64,000 nt of DNA, from contig QPMI01000226.1 in assembly GCA_004431415.1 (NCBI GenBank), positions 14,982 through 78,981 on the forward strand. The letters run 5' to 3'. Under the pieces are notes generated by a model. The model searched no databases. It saw only the letters and a program-made list of their open reading frames with translations, and had not been told where the DNA came from. Positions 24,451-37,539 of the stretch are shown one piece after another. Every line of letters begins with the position of its first letter. The stretch's first letter is position 1. The DNA comes from Cyanophora paradoxa CCMP329. Its lineage: Eukaryota; Plantae; Glaucophyta. A program made the position numbers and the translations under genes.

Positions 24451-25779
24451 TCAGGGGGGCGGGGCGGGGCCCGGGGCGAGGGAGGGGCGGGTGCGGGTGG
24501 GCTCGACGCGGGCGAGGCCGGAGAGGGGGTAGTAGCCGCCGTAGAAGTGGACGGGGAAGACGTGCCCCGAGGGGAGCTCCCCCGCGAACGACATGATGAA
24601 CGCCGACTGCCCGTCCCCGCTCGACGCGTGGCTGCCCCCACCCGCCCCCCGCCCCCTCAGCCCGCCGCGCCGTGGGGCGGGGCGGGGGGGCGGGGCGGGG
24701 GGACCTGAACATCCAGTCGACGCGGCGGGCGTCCTCGAAGGGCATCAGCTTGTTCGCGTACTCCCCCTCCCCCGTCCCCACCCCGTACTCCAGCCGCACC
24801 GGCGCCTCCCGCACCAGCACCACGGGCGTCCCCTCCGCCAGCCCGTGCGGCCCCGCCCCGGCCCGGGGCCCCGGGGCCCCGCCGGCGGCGGCGGCCCCGG
24901 CGGCGGCGGGGTCGGCGAGGCAAGCGACGAGGTCCTGCACCTTCATCGCGAACGACTCCGCCAGGTACCTGCGCCCCGTGAGCGTGAGCGCCCCCCCGGG
25001 GCGGCGAGGGAGGGCGGGCGGGGGGCGGGGGCGGCGCACTTGGGGGTGATGGCGCTGTTCTGCGCCGCCTTCGCCTGCCCCTTGTACTCCACCTCCACCT
25101 CGTACCTGCGGGGGGTGAGCGCGCCGGGGGCCGGGGCGGGGCGGGGCGGGCGGGGCGCGCGTGGTGGGGGCGTCGCGGAGCTCCCGCATGGACTCGGCCT
25201 GCTGCACCTCCGTCAGGTCGAACACGAAGAGGTTCTTGTGGTTGTACGAGATCCGCCGCTTCCGCCGGATCGTGTCCGGCAGCCCCGGCGGCCGCCCCCG
25301 CTCCCCGAGCGGCTCTTCCAGGTTCACCGAGAAGCTGCGCCGCCGCCGTCGGCCACCCCTGCCGGCCGCGCGCGGTGCCGGGACGCACCGCACGCGGTAG
25401 TCTTCCCTGTCCAGCCGGTCGACGGGCTCCTTCCGCATGACCTCGCGCGAGCTCCCCGTTGGGTCGGGCGGGTCCACGCGCTGCGACACACGGAGCCGCT
25501 TCGCGTAAATGCTGTCCTCCACCACCGTCCACGTAGGCGTATTCGCCCAGGCCGTGTTCTTATCCAGCTTGTGCTTCATCCTGTCGAACTCCTCCTTCGT
25601 CAGGTTCTGCGCGGCACTCGTCGTTAGCTGCGAGCTCCGCTTGGCGCGGGAGCGTTCCGTGCCTTGATGCGGGCCTCGATCTCGTGGTGCTGCGCATGCT
25701 GGTACTGCGCGAACCATCCCTGCAGCAACTCCTGCGTCTCCGTGTCCAGCGCGAAGCGCCGGACGTGTGCACCGCTCAT
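24451..25779 (-). CDS. Triphosphate tunnel metalloenzyme, Cet1-like mRNA 5' triphosphatase
   Basis: Motif A HHEIEARIK, RxS/FSVNLEEP, IRRKRRISY..FVFDLTEV, motif C YEVEVE; extra C-terminal domain. Confidence 0.8.
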
Positions 25780-25888
25780 CTAGCGCACGCCGCGCTTCTT
25801 ACGACCGCCGCGCTTCTCTTAGATCCTTCGAATTCCGGGCTGCAGCGCGAGTGTACTCTACCCCGCCCTCAGCCCACTCTACCCCCCC

Positions 25889-27239
25889 ATGACCGCCTTC
25901 GTCTGCACCTGCGGCGGCGCGGCCGCCTCCAGGCTGCTTGTGCATCACTCCTCGTTTGATGTGCTCTCCCCGTCGCGCAAGGCAGCCCCAGCGCGCGGCC
26001 TGGCACGCACGCGTGCGGGCTACAGCGCCGTGGCGCGGCCGCGGCCTCGAAGGACGTTCGTGGCGGAGCAGAGCGGCGCGGCCGCCCCCGATCGGCCGCC
26101 CAGCGTGAGCGCAGAGACAGGGGCCGACTGGCACGCGCGTGCTGCGCAGATGCCGCCGCCGCACGCAGCTGCATTAGCTACCGCCGCCGCAAGTTCACAA
26201 GATTCCTCGGCCGTATTGGCAAGCAGCGGCGGGCCTCCCAGCGAGCCGCCGGCGCCCGGGCGCGGCGGAGGAGGCGACGGGGATGGCGACGGGGAGGGCG
26301 GCTCGGTGCCGCTCGCGATGGCCCTGTGGCGCGCGTACAACAGGCTCCTCGCGCGCTACCCCTTCCGGTGCGCTCCTTCGGATCAACCGCGGCGCGGGGC
26401 ACGGCGGGCTGCTGACGGGGCCAGCAGTACGAACGCGGCGCAGGCGGCGCTGATCGGGGGCACGGGGGACATGATTGCGCAGTGGATCGAGGGCAAGCGC
26501 GACGGGCGGCGGCGGCTGAAGATGTACGCACCGCGCGCGAGGCGCCGCCGCCGGCCGGTCGGGGTGGTGAGGGGGGCGGCGGGGGCAGGTTCGCGTGGGG
26601 CCTGTGCTTCGCGGGGCCGATGTCGTTCTTCTTCTACCGGTGGCTGGACGGGCGCTTCCCCTCGTCCGTCGGCTGGCCCAACGTCCTCCGCAAGGTCGCC
26701 CTCAACGCCGTGCGCCCCGCCCGCAGGCCCCGCCCGCCCGCCCCGCCCTGCGCGGGGCGGCGGAGCGAGGGTGGGGCGTGGGCGGGGCGCAGACGATGTT
26801 CACGCCGGTGATCAACGCGGTCTTCCTCGCCTTCTCCCGCAGCGTCGAGCTCGCCTCCGACGGCCGCCTCCGCGACATCCCCGCCGAGGCCCGCCCCGCC
26901 CCGCCCCGCCCCGCCCCCCGACCGCCCCGCCCCCGCCCGCCCTGCCCCCCGCCCGCCCCGCTCCGCCCAACCGCGCGCGGCAGGTGCGGCTGAAGGTGGC
27001 GGCGGAGTGGCCGGGGGCGTACCGGAACTCGTTCCGGCTGTGGCCGGCGGCGCACTGCATCAACTTCGCGTTCGTGCCGGCGCACCTCCGCGTCCTCTAC
27101 ATCTCCTGCGTCGCCGTCGGCTGGACCGCGTCCGCCCGCCCCGCCCCTCCCGCCCTGCCCGGCCGGCCACCTCCGACGCCGCCCCCGCAGGTACCTCTCC
27201 TTCATCGGGCACCGCCACCGCCGCCCCCAGAGCGCCTGA
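25889..27239 (+). CDS. Mpv17/PMP22 family membrane protein with probable plastid transit peptide
   Basis: MTAFV start, Gly-rich linker, LWRAYNRLLARYP, GDMIAQ, FYRWLDGRFP..VLRKVALNA, RLWPAAHCINFAFVPAHLRVLYISCVAVGWTAYLS. Confidence 0.92.
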
Positions 27240-27335
27240 CCGCCCCACGCCGTCCCCCGCGCCCCGCGCCCCGCGCCCTCCCCCTGCGAGGCAATGCGAG
27301 TGTGCATATGCATTCTGGGCGGAGAAGGGCGGGGG

Positions 27336-30186
27336 CTAGGGCTTGGTGGGGCGGGGCGGGGCGGGCGGGGCGTCCTCGGGGAGGGGCCCGAGGCGGAGGG
27401 CGCCGGCGAGGGTGGAGACGGGCCCCGGGGCGCCGCCCTGGGCCCCGTACGAGCGCAGCAGGCTCGAAACGAGGTTGTAGTCCACGTCCACCGGCCGCAG
27501 CGGCCCCTCCCCCTCCCCCTCAGCCTCCCCCTCGGCCCCCACCTCGGCCTCGGGCTGGGCGCCGGGGGCCGGGGCGCGGGCGAAGGAGCGGGGGGCGACG
27601 GAGTCGGCGGCGAGCTCGGCGTCCATCGCCCGCATCGCCGCCCGCATCCGCCGCAGCTCCGCCATCGCCCCCGCCGCCCCGCCCGCCCCGCCCGCCCCTC
27701 CCCTCGTCCCGCTCGACTCCCCGCTCCCCTCCTCCTCGCCCTCCTCGCCCTCCTCCTCCTCGTCCCCCTCCTCGAGGTCTTGGTAGAGTCCATCGTCTGC
27801 GGCGGCGTCAAAGGGGGCGGCGCCGGGCGAGGCGGCCCCGTGCACCGCTCTCGTCGCCGCTGGCGTCCTCGTCGGGGCCGGCGGGCGGGGCGGGCCCCCC
27901 GAGGAGGGCGAGGAGGCGCTCAAAGCTGAAGGCCACGGGGGCCCCCGCCCCGGGCCCCGCTTCCCCCTCCCCCTCCTCCCCGTCCCTGCCCCCGCCCCCT
28001 CAGCCAGCGCCCCCGCGCGGGGCCGCGGGGCGGGTACCCCTCGCCGGGCAGCTCGGCCCCTCGGGCCCCGAGCGGGTCGCGACGAAGGCCTTGACGCCCG
28101 CCGCCAGCCGCCCCGCCGCCTCCGCGCCCCGCCTCGCCGCCCCCGCCTCCCGCCCTCTTCTTCGTCCTCCTCCTCCTCGCCGCCCGCCGCAGCCTCCGCA
28201 CCGCCCTGCCGGCGGGTCGGGCCGAGCGGGGAGCTCTGGCGGGGCGGGGCGGGGCGGGGCGGGCACGGTGGGGTGCGTGCGGGGCGCGGGCGCGGAGGAG
28301 GGCGTCGAAGTCGGCCTCGTCGAGGGCCAGCCACGCCTCGCTGTCGTCGGCCCCCTCGCACGCCACCTCCCCGGCCCCGCCGCCCCTGCACAGCCTCAGC
28401 GCCCCGCCACGCCCCGGGCCCGGGCCGGGGCGGGGGGGCGCGCCTCGGCGAGGGCCGCCTCGATCTCGTCGGCGACGCAGGCCTCCTCCGCCCCGCCGGC
28501 CCCCCGCCGCGCCGCCGCCTCGCGCTCTTCCGCCGCGAAGCGCCCCGCCGCCGCCGCCTCCAGGCGCCGCCACTCCGCCGACCCCTCAACGTTCTCCTGC
28601 GTGCCCCGTCGACGGCGCGGCGCGGCGCGGGGCCGGCCGGCGGGGGATGGGGTACCCCGAAGTAGCCGCGGCGGGCGAGGCTCGCGCGGAAGGCGAGCCA
28701 GCGCGGGTCGTCCCGCAGGGACCGCCCCGCCTCCTCCCGGCCGCCGCCGCCGCCGCCCCCGCCCGCGCCGCCCGCCGCCGCGCGCTCTGCTGGTAGAGCA
28801 TCTCGAAGCCGCAGGCCTGCGGGGGCCGGTCAGGGGCGGGCGGGCGCGCCGGCCGGGACGGGGCGGGGCCAAACGCACGAGCTTGCAGCCGAGCTCGGCG
28901 GCGTTGCGGTCGGGGTGGCCCTCGGGGGGGAAGGGCGGGAAGGGGCGTGGCGGGGCGAACTTCTGGCAGCTGAGCTGCGCGTAGAGGCAGCGGGTGAAGC
29001 GGACGCGGAGGCGCGCCGACGGCTCCGGCGGGAAGCGCTCCATCCGCGCGCAGTCCTGCGCCCCGCCTCGGGCCGTGCGGGGCGGGCCGGGCCGGCGGGG
29101 TGGGCGGGGCGAGAGGCGGGCGCACGCGCATGGCGGCGAGGTCGCGCTCGCAAAAGGCGCGGGTGGCGTGGGCGACGAGGTGCGGGCGGCGGGCGAGGGC
29201 GAGGGCGACGTCGGCCGGCAGCACGCAGGCCGCCCGGTGGCACGACTCCCGCAGGCCCCGCTCCGGGTGCCTGCCGCCCCGTCACGCCCCCGCCGACCCC
29301 TCTCGCCTGCACCGGGGCGGGCGCACCCGCGGACGCGGGCGCGGACGGCCTCCTGGACGGCCTCAGAGGCGCGCGTGTCGACGGCGGCGCTCCGCACGGC
29401 GGCCAGGCCCTGCTCCAGGCTCGGCTGCACGGGCAGCAGCGCGATCTCCCCGGGCGTCCGCGGCATCGGCACGATGTGCACCTCCCCGCCCCGCAGGAAC
29501 ACCTGCCGCCCGCCTCGCCGCCCCGCACGCGCACCGGCCTCGGCAGCGCGCACCCTGTTCTCGCTGTTCTGCGGCTGCATCCACTTGGGGATCGCGAGGG
29601 CGCTCTCTATGAGCAGGAACTCGCCGTCCGAGTCGAAGACCCTGCGCCGCGACGCCGTGGGCGCGCGCAGGGGGCGGCCGGCGGGCCGCGGGCGGACCGC
29701 GCGGTGAGGTCGCGGAAGCGGCGCGTGAGCTCCAGCAGCAGGTATACGATGAACCACTCGTCCTCGATGTTGTCCCCGTACCGGCAGTAGCCCCACAGGT
29801 GCGGCACCTCGGGCCCCCCGGCCCGCCCCGACGCTCCTGCGCGGCGGCCTCACGTTCAGCAGCGCGTCGACGGCGCGCGCGTCGCGCGACGTACGCTTCT
29901 TTACAGGCGCGCTGCCGCGCGGCCGCGAGCGCTGTCCCTCCGGCGCCTCGGGATCATACACGTCGAGGCGGAACGGGTCCCGCTGCCACATGTAGCCCGC
30001 GAGGGGCTCCGCGAGCGCTTCCAGGCACATGTGCCGCAGTGCGCGCAGCTGCTCCAGCGCGTCGGCGCCCCCAGGCGCTGCGTCTGGATAGACGTGGTAT
30101 TCGACGAAGTCCGGCTCCAGCACGGGCGCCGGTTGCGCCTCCTCCGCGAACTCGTCCAGCGGGATGCCCGATTCCGCGCCGCTCAT
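27336..30186 (-). CDS. ECD: Ecdysoneless (ECD, SGT1 family)
   Basis: YMWQRDPFRL, YGDNIEDEWFIVYLLLELT, DSDGEFLLIESALAIPKW..SENRVF, VRFTRCLYAQL, ELGCKLACGFEMLY, PVDVDYNLVSSLLRSY..GPVSTL. Confidence 0.95.
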
Positions 30187-30334
30187 TGCTTCTCGGCGAA
30201 CTGCTCGACTGGCTGCGTACCCCCGCCCACTCCCGCCATTGCGCCGCTTCTCCCCGTTGGAGGCAGCACGCCGCACTGGCATTGGCGAAGAAGAGAGCGA
30301 CTAGTTGAAGTGGGTCGCGCCAGCCGCGCGGGGG

Positions 30335-32146
30335 ATGATCCGCGCCGTCCTCTTCGCCGATGGGGGCGCCGCGGGCTTCTTCCAGGACGGCACAGCGCTC
30401 GTGCTGGATAGCCGCATGCACTGGGCGCTCGTGGTCGGGCCCGACGGGTCCGAGTACCGAGCGCTAGCTCAGCACTGCGCGGAGTCGCTGGCGCCCAAGC
30501 TCGCGGCGGTGCTGGCGTTCCGCAACCGGCACTCCGAGCGCCCGCCCGTTATCTACACTCGCTTCGTCGACGCGGGCGCCGCCTTCGAGCTCGTGGGAGA
30601 GCACACTCATGCCTGGTGCGGGGCGCTTACGAAGTCGAGCTGCTTGAGCTTAGCTAAGCGCGTCGCGCAGCTGGGGGGAGGCGCCCGAGGAGGCGGAGGC
30701 GGAGCGCGTGGAGGACGGCAGCTGGAGCGTGCGCTCGCAGGAGGCGCTCGCCTCCCTGACCCTCTCGGCGAACCGCAAGGCGCGCGCCCCCGTTCTGCGC
30801 CGGCCCGCCGCGCCCCTGACGGCCCTCCGCAGCTTGTCCACGTCCGGTGCAGTCGCCCGGGCGAGCCGCTCGGCGGGACTCGCAGCTGACGGGGGGCGCG
30901 CGGCAGGTGGCCCGCGCTGACGGCGGCGTCGCGGGGGCGCCACGCCGCGCAGTACCTGTGGCAGGAGCAGGTGCCGCGCCGCCCCCTCCTGCCCGCTGCA
31001 GTCGGCCAGCGCCGAGAGAGCGACAGGTCTTCCCACTGGAGTCGCTGCCGGAGTGCTGGGCGCACCCCGCGCGGCTCGCCCTCCTCGCCGCTGGGGCGCC
31101 CGTCCCGCCCGCGCTCGAGGCGGGGGCGGCGAGGGCGGAGCGCATCGCCACGTCGACTGTGCTGACGGAGCTGCCGCGGGCGGCGAGCGGCGGGCCGCCG
31201 GCCCCCCCGAACTTCCCCTCGGCGGCCTCGATCGCCGTGCTTCAGCCGCCGCGCCGGGCCCCGCGGGAGGGCGCCGAGGCGGAGCTCGGCCTGCCGCCGC
31301 ACCCGCCCGTGCTCGTGGACTGGACCCCTGAGGCGACCTTCTGGTACCTGCCCGCCACCGGCGCCGCCCTCGTGCGCCCCGCCCCGCCGCCCGTGCACCC
31401 GCTGCGGCGCCGCTGACGGCGGCAGGCGCTGCTGGCGGGCGGCGGCGGGTGCGTCGAGGCGACGCCGTGCGGTGGCTTCGTGCAGCTGCTGCGCCCCGGC
31501 GGCGAGCCGGCCCTCTTCGCCGCCGGCGCGGCGCCCCCGCACGCCGCCGCCGCCGCCCGCCGCCTCCTCACATTCCGCCGCGCCTGCGCCCTCGCCTGGA
31601 GCGTCGTCCCCGCGCCCGCCCCGGCGCCCCCGAGCGCCCCGCCGCTGCCGCCGGTGCGCTGCGCGCTTGCGCCGGGGCGCCGGCCGGGGCGCGACCGACG
31701 GGGCGGGGTCGTGGCTTGGCGGCGGCCAGGTGTCCGGGAGGTGGCGGAGGAGGTGGAGGTGGAGGGGGTGGGGCGGCTGGTGGCGTACCGGGACGGGCGG
31801 GTGCGGGGGCGCTTCCTAGACCGCACCCTCCTCTCGATGGCCCCCGACGGCGCCTGCGAGCTCGTCCTCCCCGACGGCCGCGCCCTCCGCGCCCACGCCG
31901 CCCGGCCCTCGACGCCCACCCGTGCGCCCCCCGCCCCCGCCCCGCCCCTTGGCCGCTTTGCCGACGGGGCGCAGGTACGCGACGATCGCACGCGAGTTCG
32001 CCGAGTGGGCGGCGCTGCCCCCGCACGCCCGCGCCGAGCGCGAGGCGGCCCGCGAGGCGGCCCGCCGCGCTGTCGCCGCCGAGCTCGGCAAGATCGAGCG
32101 CTTCATAGAGATAGGCAGGATAGCGAGGGGCGCCCTCGCCAGCTAG
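30335..32146 (+). CDS. C5orf34-like protein (DUF4524/DUF4520)
   Basis: RAVLFADG..FQDGTALVL..AVLAFRN, DGSWSVRSQEALASLTLS, VEGVGRLVAYRDGRVRGRFLDRTLL resemble the recalled C5orf34 family motifs. Confidence 0.72.
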
Positions 32147-32152
32147 CGCCCC

Positions 32153-33162
32153 CTACATCATCCTGAATGAGCTGGGCGGCGAGGGGTTCGGCGCCGGCGA
32201 GGTCCTGCGCACGAGGGCCCGCGGCGCTCAGGGGGACCCGAGGGCGGGGCTGGGCGGGGCGGGGCGGGGGCGGACATGGCGGCATCGAGGCGGGACTGCA
32301 GGTCGATGATCTGCTTCAGCAGGAGCTCGGCCTTGACCTGCGGCTGCCGGGTTGGCCCGGCGCGCGTGCCGAGAAGGCGGATGGGCGGGGGCGCCTGCAC
32401 CTTGAAGCCCGACGTCCCGTACAGCAGCCGGTCTGCCCGCGCGTCAGCGTCAGGATTCATCCGCAACGAGGGACCGGGAGCCCCACCTAGCTGCTCGCGC
32501 TTGTTTTCGTAGAGCCTGGATACTATTCGAGAAGGGGAGGCGGGGGAGAAGGAAGGCAGCTGAATTGCAGCCGAGGACGTCGGCGGGGCCATCGATAATG
32601 TGGATCTTGCTGCGCCGTAGTACGACGCGGGAGCGAGCGTTCCCAGCAGGCCGGAAGCCGGCGCGTATGAGATCGAGGCTGGTTTGTAAGCGACGGAGGC
32701 TGGCGCGTGGGAGGTCGAGGCTGGTGCGTGGGAGGTGGAGGCCGGCGCGTACACGGCACTGAATGGCGCGTGCAACGTCGATGCTGGCGCGTACGTGGAC
32801 GATGCTGGCGTGGAAGAGGCCGGCGTGGACGCAGCCGATGCGGCTCCGTCGTTCAGAATTGGATTGCCAGCTGCAGCAGCCGCAACGCTCGCCCTGCTGC
32901 TCTCCGCAGCGATCGTCCTCTGCATCACCGTAACATTGCTCTTTACTACGGAAACGACGCTCGGCGGCGCTGTCGGGCCTAGCACGGCCTGCGGGACCGT
33001 GTAGTCATCGATGCTGCGCTCTACGATTCTATCGTCGAAGCGGACGGAGGCTGGCACGTTCAGTGGCTTCGGCGGGCTCCTCTCGAATATCGCCGCCGTC
33101 ACGTTGTCGCCGTCTCCCTCCAGCGTACGCGTTATGTCGGCGAGAAGCGCCGCGCTCGACAT
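32153..33162 (-). CDS. Hypothetical Ala/Ser/Pro-rich protein with 7-aa (Y/H)APAS repeats
   Basis: Long ATG-initiated ORF; one GT-AG intron near the 3' end yields ...SSFRMM* at 32153; short C-terminal coiled segment. Confidence 0.6.
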
Positions 33163-33508
33163 GCGGTGCCGCTAGTAGCCTCAGATAGGCTGTGTGATAG
33201 CCTGAGCTAGACTGTGATCGCTAGGGCCGGCGGCGGCGCTGAGCTCGTGGCCTCGTGCTTAACACCGCCCGTTGAGGCTCGTTGTACCCCCCCAGTTGCC
33301 CTGGCTAGGCCGGCCCCTAGCGCTGTGTCGCCGCTGAACTAAGCAGCTCCCCGGACTGCGGACGTTGCTTCGAGCTATAGATTGGGCAACAGCTCGGGCG
33401 TGCGCCGGCGCCGTGCGCGAGCTCAGCCATTTAGCTGGTCCGAGGCATCGAGTCAGGCTGCCTCAGCCAGCGCGATTGAAACTTTAGTGGTCGCACAAAG
33501 CTGCATTC

Positions 33509-36500
33509 ATGGCGCCACGATCAGCGAGCGCCATCGTCGGGGGCCTGGTTGCAGCATTCGTCGCGAGCTTGGTCCTCGGCGCGGCCTCAGCCGCGACCGA
33601 ATCGAAGGCGCTGGGAATGAAGGTGCTGAAGCCAGATGCTGGAACAATCTACTATTACGTGCGCACGCACGCCCCTCGCCGGCTGCTGGAAAGCCTCTCG
33701 CCGATAGCACATGACGCAGGGATCGACGTATGTGATCCAATGGGCGTCTCCAGGTTAGTTCACTGGCTAGCAATCGCAGACAAATTCAGGCTATATGCTG
33801 ACGCTCCGCCGCCTGCCGGGTCTTTAGGGGTCTCTTATGTCGGTGCGTGACCCCCGAGTCGAGCCTCGCCGGCTGCGGTGTGACTTCCGCGCGCTGCGGG
33901 GCAGACATCGCGGCGATCCAAATGTACAGCGTGTGGAGCGCGACGATAAACATTGTCGAGAATCTGCCCGACACACAGGGCGCCTTCCCCTGGGTCCGCC
34001 CGCCGCCCCGGATAGTCGATCCCGATTCGCAACGGCGCCCTGCTGATCGTGAGAGGCGCCTCAGACCGTGCCCACCAACAACCCGAGCCTCGCGAGGTGC
34101 GGCCGCGCCTCCCGCCTCCTCCGCGAGTGCGCGTCGCCTGATCGTGGTCGCCCCGCGCAGCGGCTGGTACTCGTGCGCACGCTTCCCTGTCTCCCGCTCC
34201 CTTGCTCGCCCTGGGCGGGCTCGCCCTGAGCGGCGGGCCCGCCTGGCAGGATCCGGGTGCGGGGCTCGCAGAACGGGTGGGTCAGCGACTCGAGCGCCTA
34301 CTTCCAGATCACGGCGCCCAGCATCTCCGCCCTCCCCGTCCCCTCAACCGCCGTCGTCGCCGCCCCCTTTCCCATCGGTGCCGGCCGCCCCGGGCCCCGC
34401 TCCCCGCCGCACCCCGCGCCCGCCGACGCGCCGCACCGGCAGCGTGGAGCGGGGCCGGGGACTACCCCGTCGTCGTGGCCACTCTGCAGGTGCGGGACCC
34501 GGGGCCCCGTGCCGCGCGCGCGCGCCGGCGTGGGGCCCGACGGGCGGCTGCAGCGCGAGGAGAACGGGGCCTGGGTGGATGATCGGGTGATTTCGGCGGC
34601 GGTGCCCAACACACAGGTGCCGAAGAGATGATGTCCTCTTGCGTTGCGTCCGAGGCGACTCGAAACGCTTTGCGACCAGATGTACGCCTGGATGGTCCCC
34701 AGCGACCTGCAGGCCCGCCGCAAGTACCGCGTCAGGTAACCCCGCCTCCCCAACGCCCGAAGTCGGCTCGGCAACTAGCGCGCGAAGAGATCCTCCGCTG
34801 GGCTCCCTGTGCTGACGTGCCCCCCGCGGGGGGGGGCGCGCAGCCTCTCGCCGGGGACGTACCCGGGGGCGAGCTCGGCGACGGGGCCCTTCACGGTGAG
34901 CGCGGGGGAGGTGCAGGCGTCGATCAGCGGGGCGGGCTACTCCGGGGGCCCCCTGCTACCCTCCAAGGAGTACACCGTCGAGTGGAGCTCCCGCGGCACC
35001 GTCACCTCCGTCGTCATCACCCTCACCTGTGCGCGAGCCCCCTCTTCTAATCCAGCCGCCCAGCCGCGGCGCCTAGGGGTGCGGGCGGCGGGGTGACGGG
35101 CGAGGGGGCGGCAGTCGGGACGCGGACGCTGGAGATCGCGTCGGGCGGGCCCAGGGGCTCCGCCTCCTTCACCGTCCCCGCCGGCGCCAGCGGCGAGGCC
35201 CAGCTCGTGCCCCCGCCCCTGCCCCGCCCCGCCCCGCCCGCCCCGCCAGCGCCCCCGCCGCTCACCCGCGGGGCGCAGTCGGTGTGCTCGCCGGACTGCA
35301 AGACGCAGGCGGCGGGGCGGGAGGAGGCGCCGGCGGGGGAGAGCGTGAGCGTGGTGGCCCCCGCGAGCCTCACCATCCTCCCCGCCGTCGTCGTCATCAC
35401 CGCCCCCGACCCCGGCACCGTCGTCCGGCCCCGGGACACCCTCGAGGCTCGCCCTCCCCCTCCAGTCCCCTTTCCCCCCGCGGGCGGCGGGGGGTGACGG
35501 GGCGGGGCGGGCGGCAGGTGCGGTGGACGTCGACGGCGGTGCTGGGCGCCGTGGACATCGGCATCCTGCCGGAGGGGGCGGGGCCGACGGCCGCCTTCGC
35601 CCGCACCCTCGCGAGCGGGCTCGCCGCCGCCGGCACGCAGGGCTCCTTCGCCTGGTCGGTCCCCGAGGACGCCCCCGCGCAGGCCGCCGCCCGCCTCGCG
35701 GTGCGCGCCGCCGCCGCCCCGCCGTCGTCGGCGCCGTCCCCATCTCCATCGGCGAGCCCCACAAGGTGCCCTCTCCGCTGCTGCCTTCTCATCGCCCCTC
35801 CCGCCGCGGCCCTCGACGCGTCTGCCGGCGCAGGGGCTCGACGTGGGCACGCTGGCCGGCGCCGTCGGCGGTTCGGTGGGCGGCGCCCTCGTTGTGGCGG
35901 CGGTCGCGGGGGGCGCCTTCTGGGGCTACCGGCGGATGCGGCGGCGGCGGAACGAGCGGGTGGCGCCGGCCCCCGCCGGCAAGGGCGGGGGCGTTGTGCC
36001 CGTCAAGTCGGCCCGCGCCTCCATCGCCACCGCCACGCTCTCCATCGCCGGCGAGAGTGCGCCCCGCCCCGCCCCGCGCGCCCCGCGCCCCCGGCCTGCC
36101 CCGCTGAGGGCCCCGCCGCGTGCGCGCGCAGTCCGCAAGCCCAGCATGGTGGTGGAGGCCCCCGCGCAGGCCCTGCCCCAGCACGTCGCCGCCCGACCCT
36201 CGGTCCGCCCCGCCCCGCCCCCGCCCGTGCTGCGGCGCCGCTGAGGGGCGCGGGGCAGGGCACTTCGCGCTGCCGGCGGAGGGGCCGGGGCGGAGGCGGG
36301 GCCGGGGCGGGGCGGGGCGGCGGGGCGGGAGCAGCGGACGCGGGCCTTCCTGCCGGCCTCCTTCTCTGCTGGCGGGGCCTGCTGGGGGACGCCAGCGCCG
36401 GGGAAGGGCGGCGCGGGACCCCGGAGCCCGAGCGCGAGCGTAACGCCAGCATGCGCCGCCGCCAGCAGAGCATGCGCGACGCCCGCCCCGCCGCCCCCGA

Positions 36501-36534
36501 CGCCGCCCCCGCCCCGCTCCGCAACGACCCCTGA
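33509..36534 (+). CDS. Type I membrane / cell-surface protein with beta-sandwich ectodomains
   Basis: Signal peptide MAPRSASAIVGGLVAAFVASLVLGAASA; repeated motifs (YTVEWSS, ITAPDPGTVV..VRWTS, GSFAWSVP) reminiscent of Kre9/Ser-Thr-rich GPI family domains; TM GGALVVAAVAGGAFWGY followed by RRMRRRR. Confidence 0.7.
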
Positions 36535-36870
36535 CCCGCCCCGCCCCCGCCGCCCCGCCCCGGCGGCCTTCTAGATATATTTAAATTAACTAGTAAGTTA
36601 TAGCTTCGGGTGTTTACGCTCCTTTGTTCATCTCCCCCGCTCCCTCTCCGCCCCCGCCGCGGCCAGTGGCCGGCCCCCTTGGTGACTGCAAGAGGGCCGC
36701 GCGGCCGTCGCCCTCGCGATCGGCATGGGTCGGCTCTTTCAAAGTAGAGCTAGTGCTGCTTTCAAAGTAGAATTTCATGTGCTGCGGGCGCGACCCTTCA
36801 TTCAAGCACATCGCGCGCCCTGCCAGGCGGCCCTCTGAGCTCGTGCACGTGGCGCCAGCGCCCCGGCCCT

Positions 36871-37539
36871 CTAGGTGGTGGCCTTGCCCCCGTGCTCGCC
36901 CTTCGCCTTCCCCTGCGAGCCGCCGCGCCAAGTGAGCGCGCCGCGGCACGCGCTGGGGGCGGGGAGGGCACGAGAGAGGCGGCCGGCTTGTCGGGGGCGG
37001 CGGGCGCCTTGGTGGGAGCCGGCTGCTGCTTGCTGGAGACGGGGAGCGGCTTGGGCCGCGTCTTGAAGATGTACTTGCGGCGGAGGACGCCCACCACCTC
37101 GTACTCGACGTCGCCGGCCCCGCGCGCCGCCTCTCCCGCCCTGCCCTCCGCTTCCCGCAGAGGCGCGTCCGGAGCCGGCGACGCATCCTCGCCCTCCGCG
37201 CACTCTCGCCTTCGCTTGTGAAGGATGGCGAGCGGCTTCTTCAGCTCGACCTCGCGGCCCTCGATTTTGTGGTTGCCGAAGTACAAAACGGGCGTCCCCT
37301 GCGCGCTCACGCTCAGCTTAATACAGAGCGCCGCAATTGCCGATCGAGCGTGCCTTCCCCTCCATCGCCATCGTGCAGAACTTCAGGCCGTCCGGGTTCA
37401 CCCCTTCTTCGCACTCCAGCTCGCCTGCGCCGGGTCGGCGCTACACGAGCTCGTATCGCAGCTACAGACCTTGCAGCTCAATGCCGCCCCACTCCATCGG
37501 GTCCTGGCTGCCCGGGCAGCGGACTGGGATGAGCGGCAT
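36871..37539 (-). CDS. CTF8: Chromosome transmission fidelity protein 8 (Ctf18-RFC subunit)
   Basis: MEWGGIELQG, PVLYFGNHKIEGREVELKKPLAIL, YEVVGVLRRKYIFKTRPKP. Confidence 0.92.

Noticed and set aside
25889-28984. 1031-aa ORF and many other Arg/Pro/Gly-rich ORFs
   Set aside because: Read-through of stop-poor GC-rich introns and antisense exons; the real genes are spliced Mpv17 and ECD
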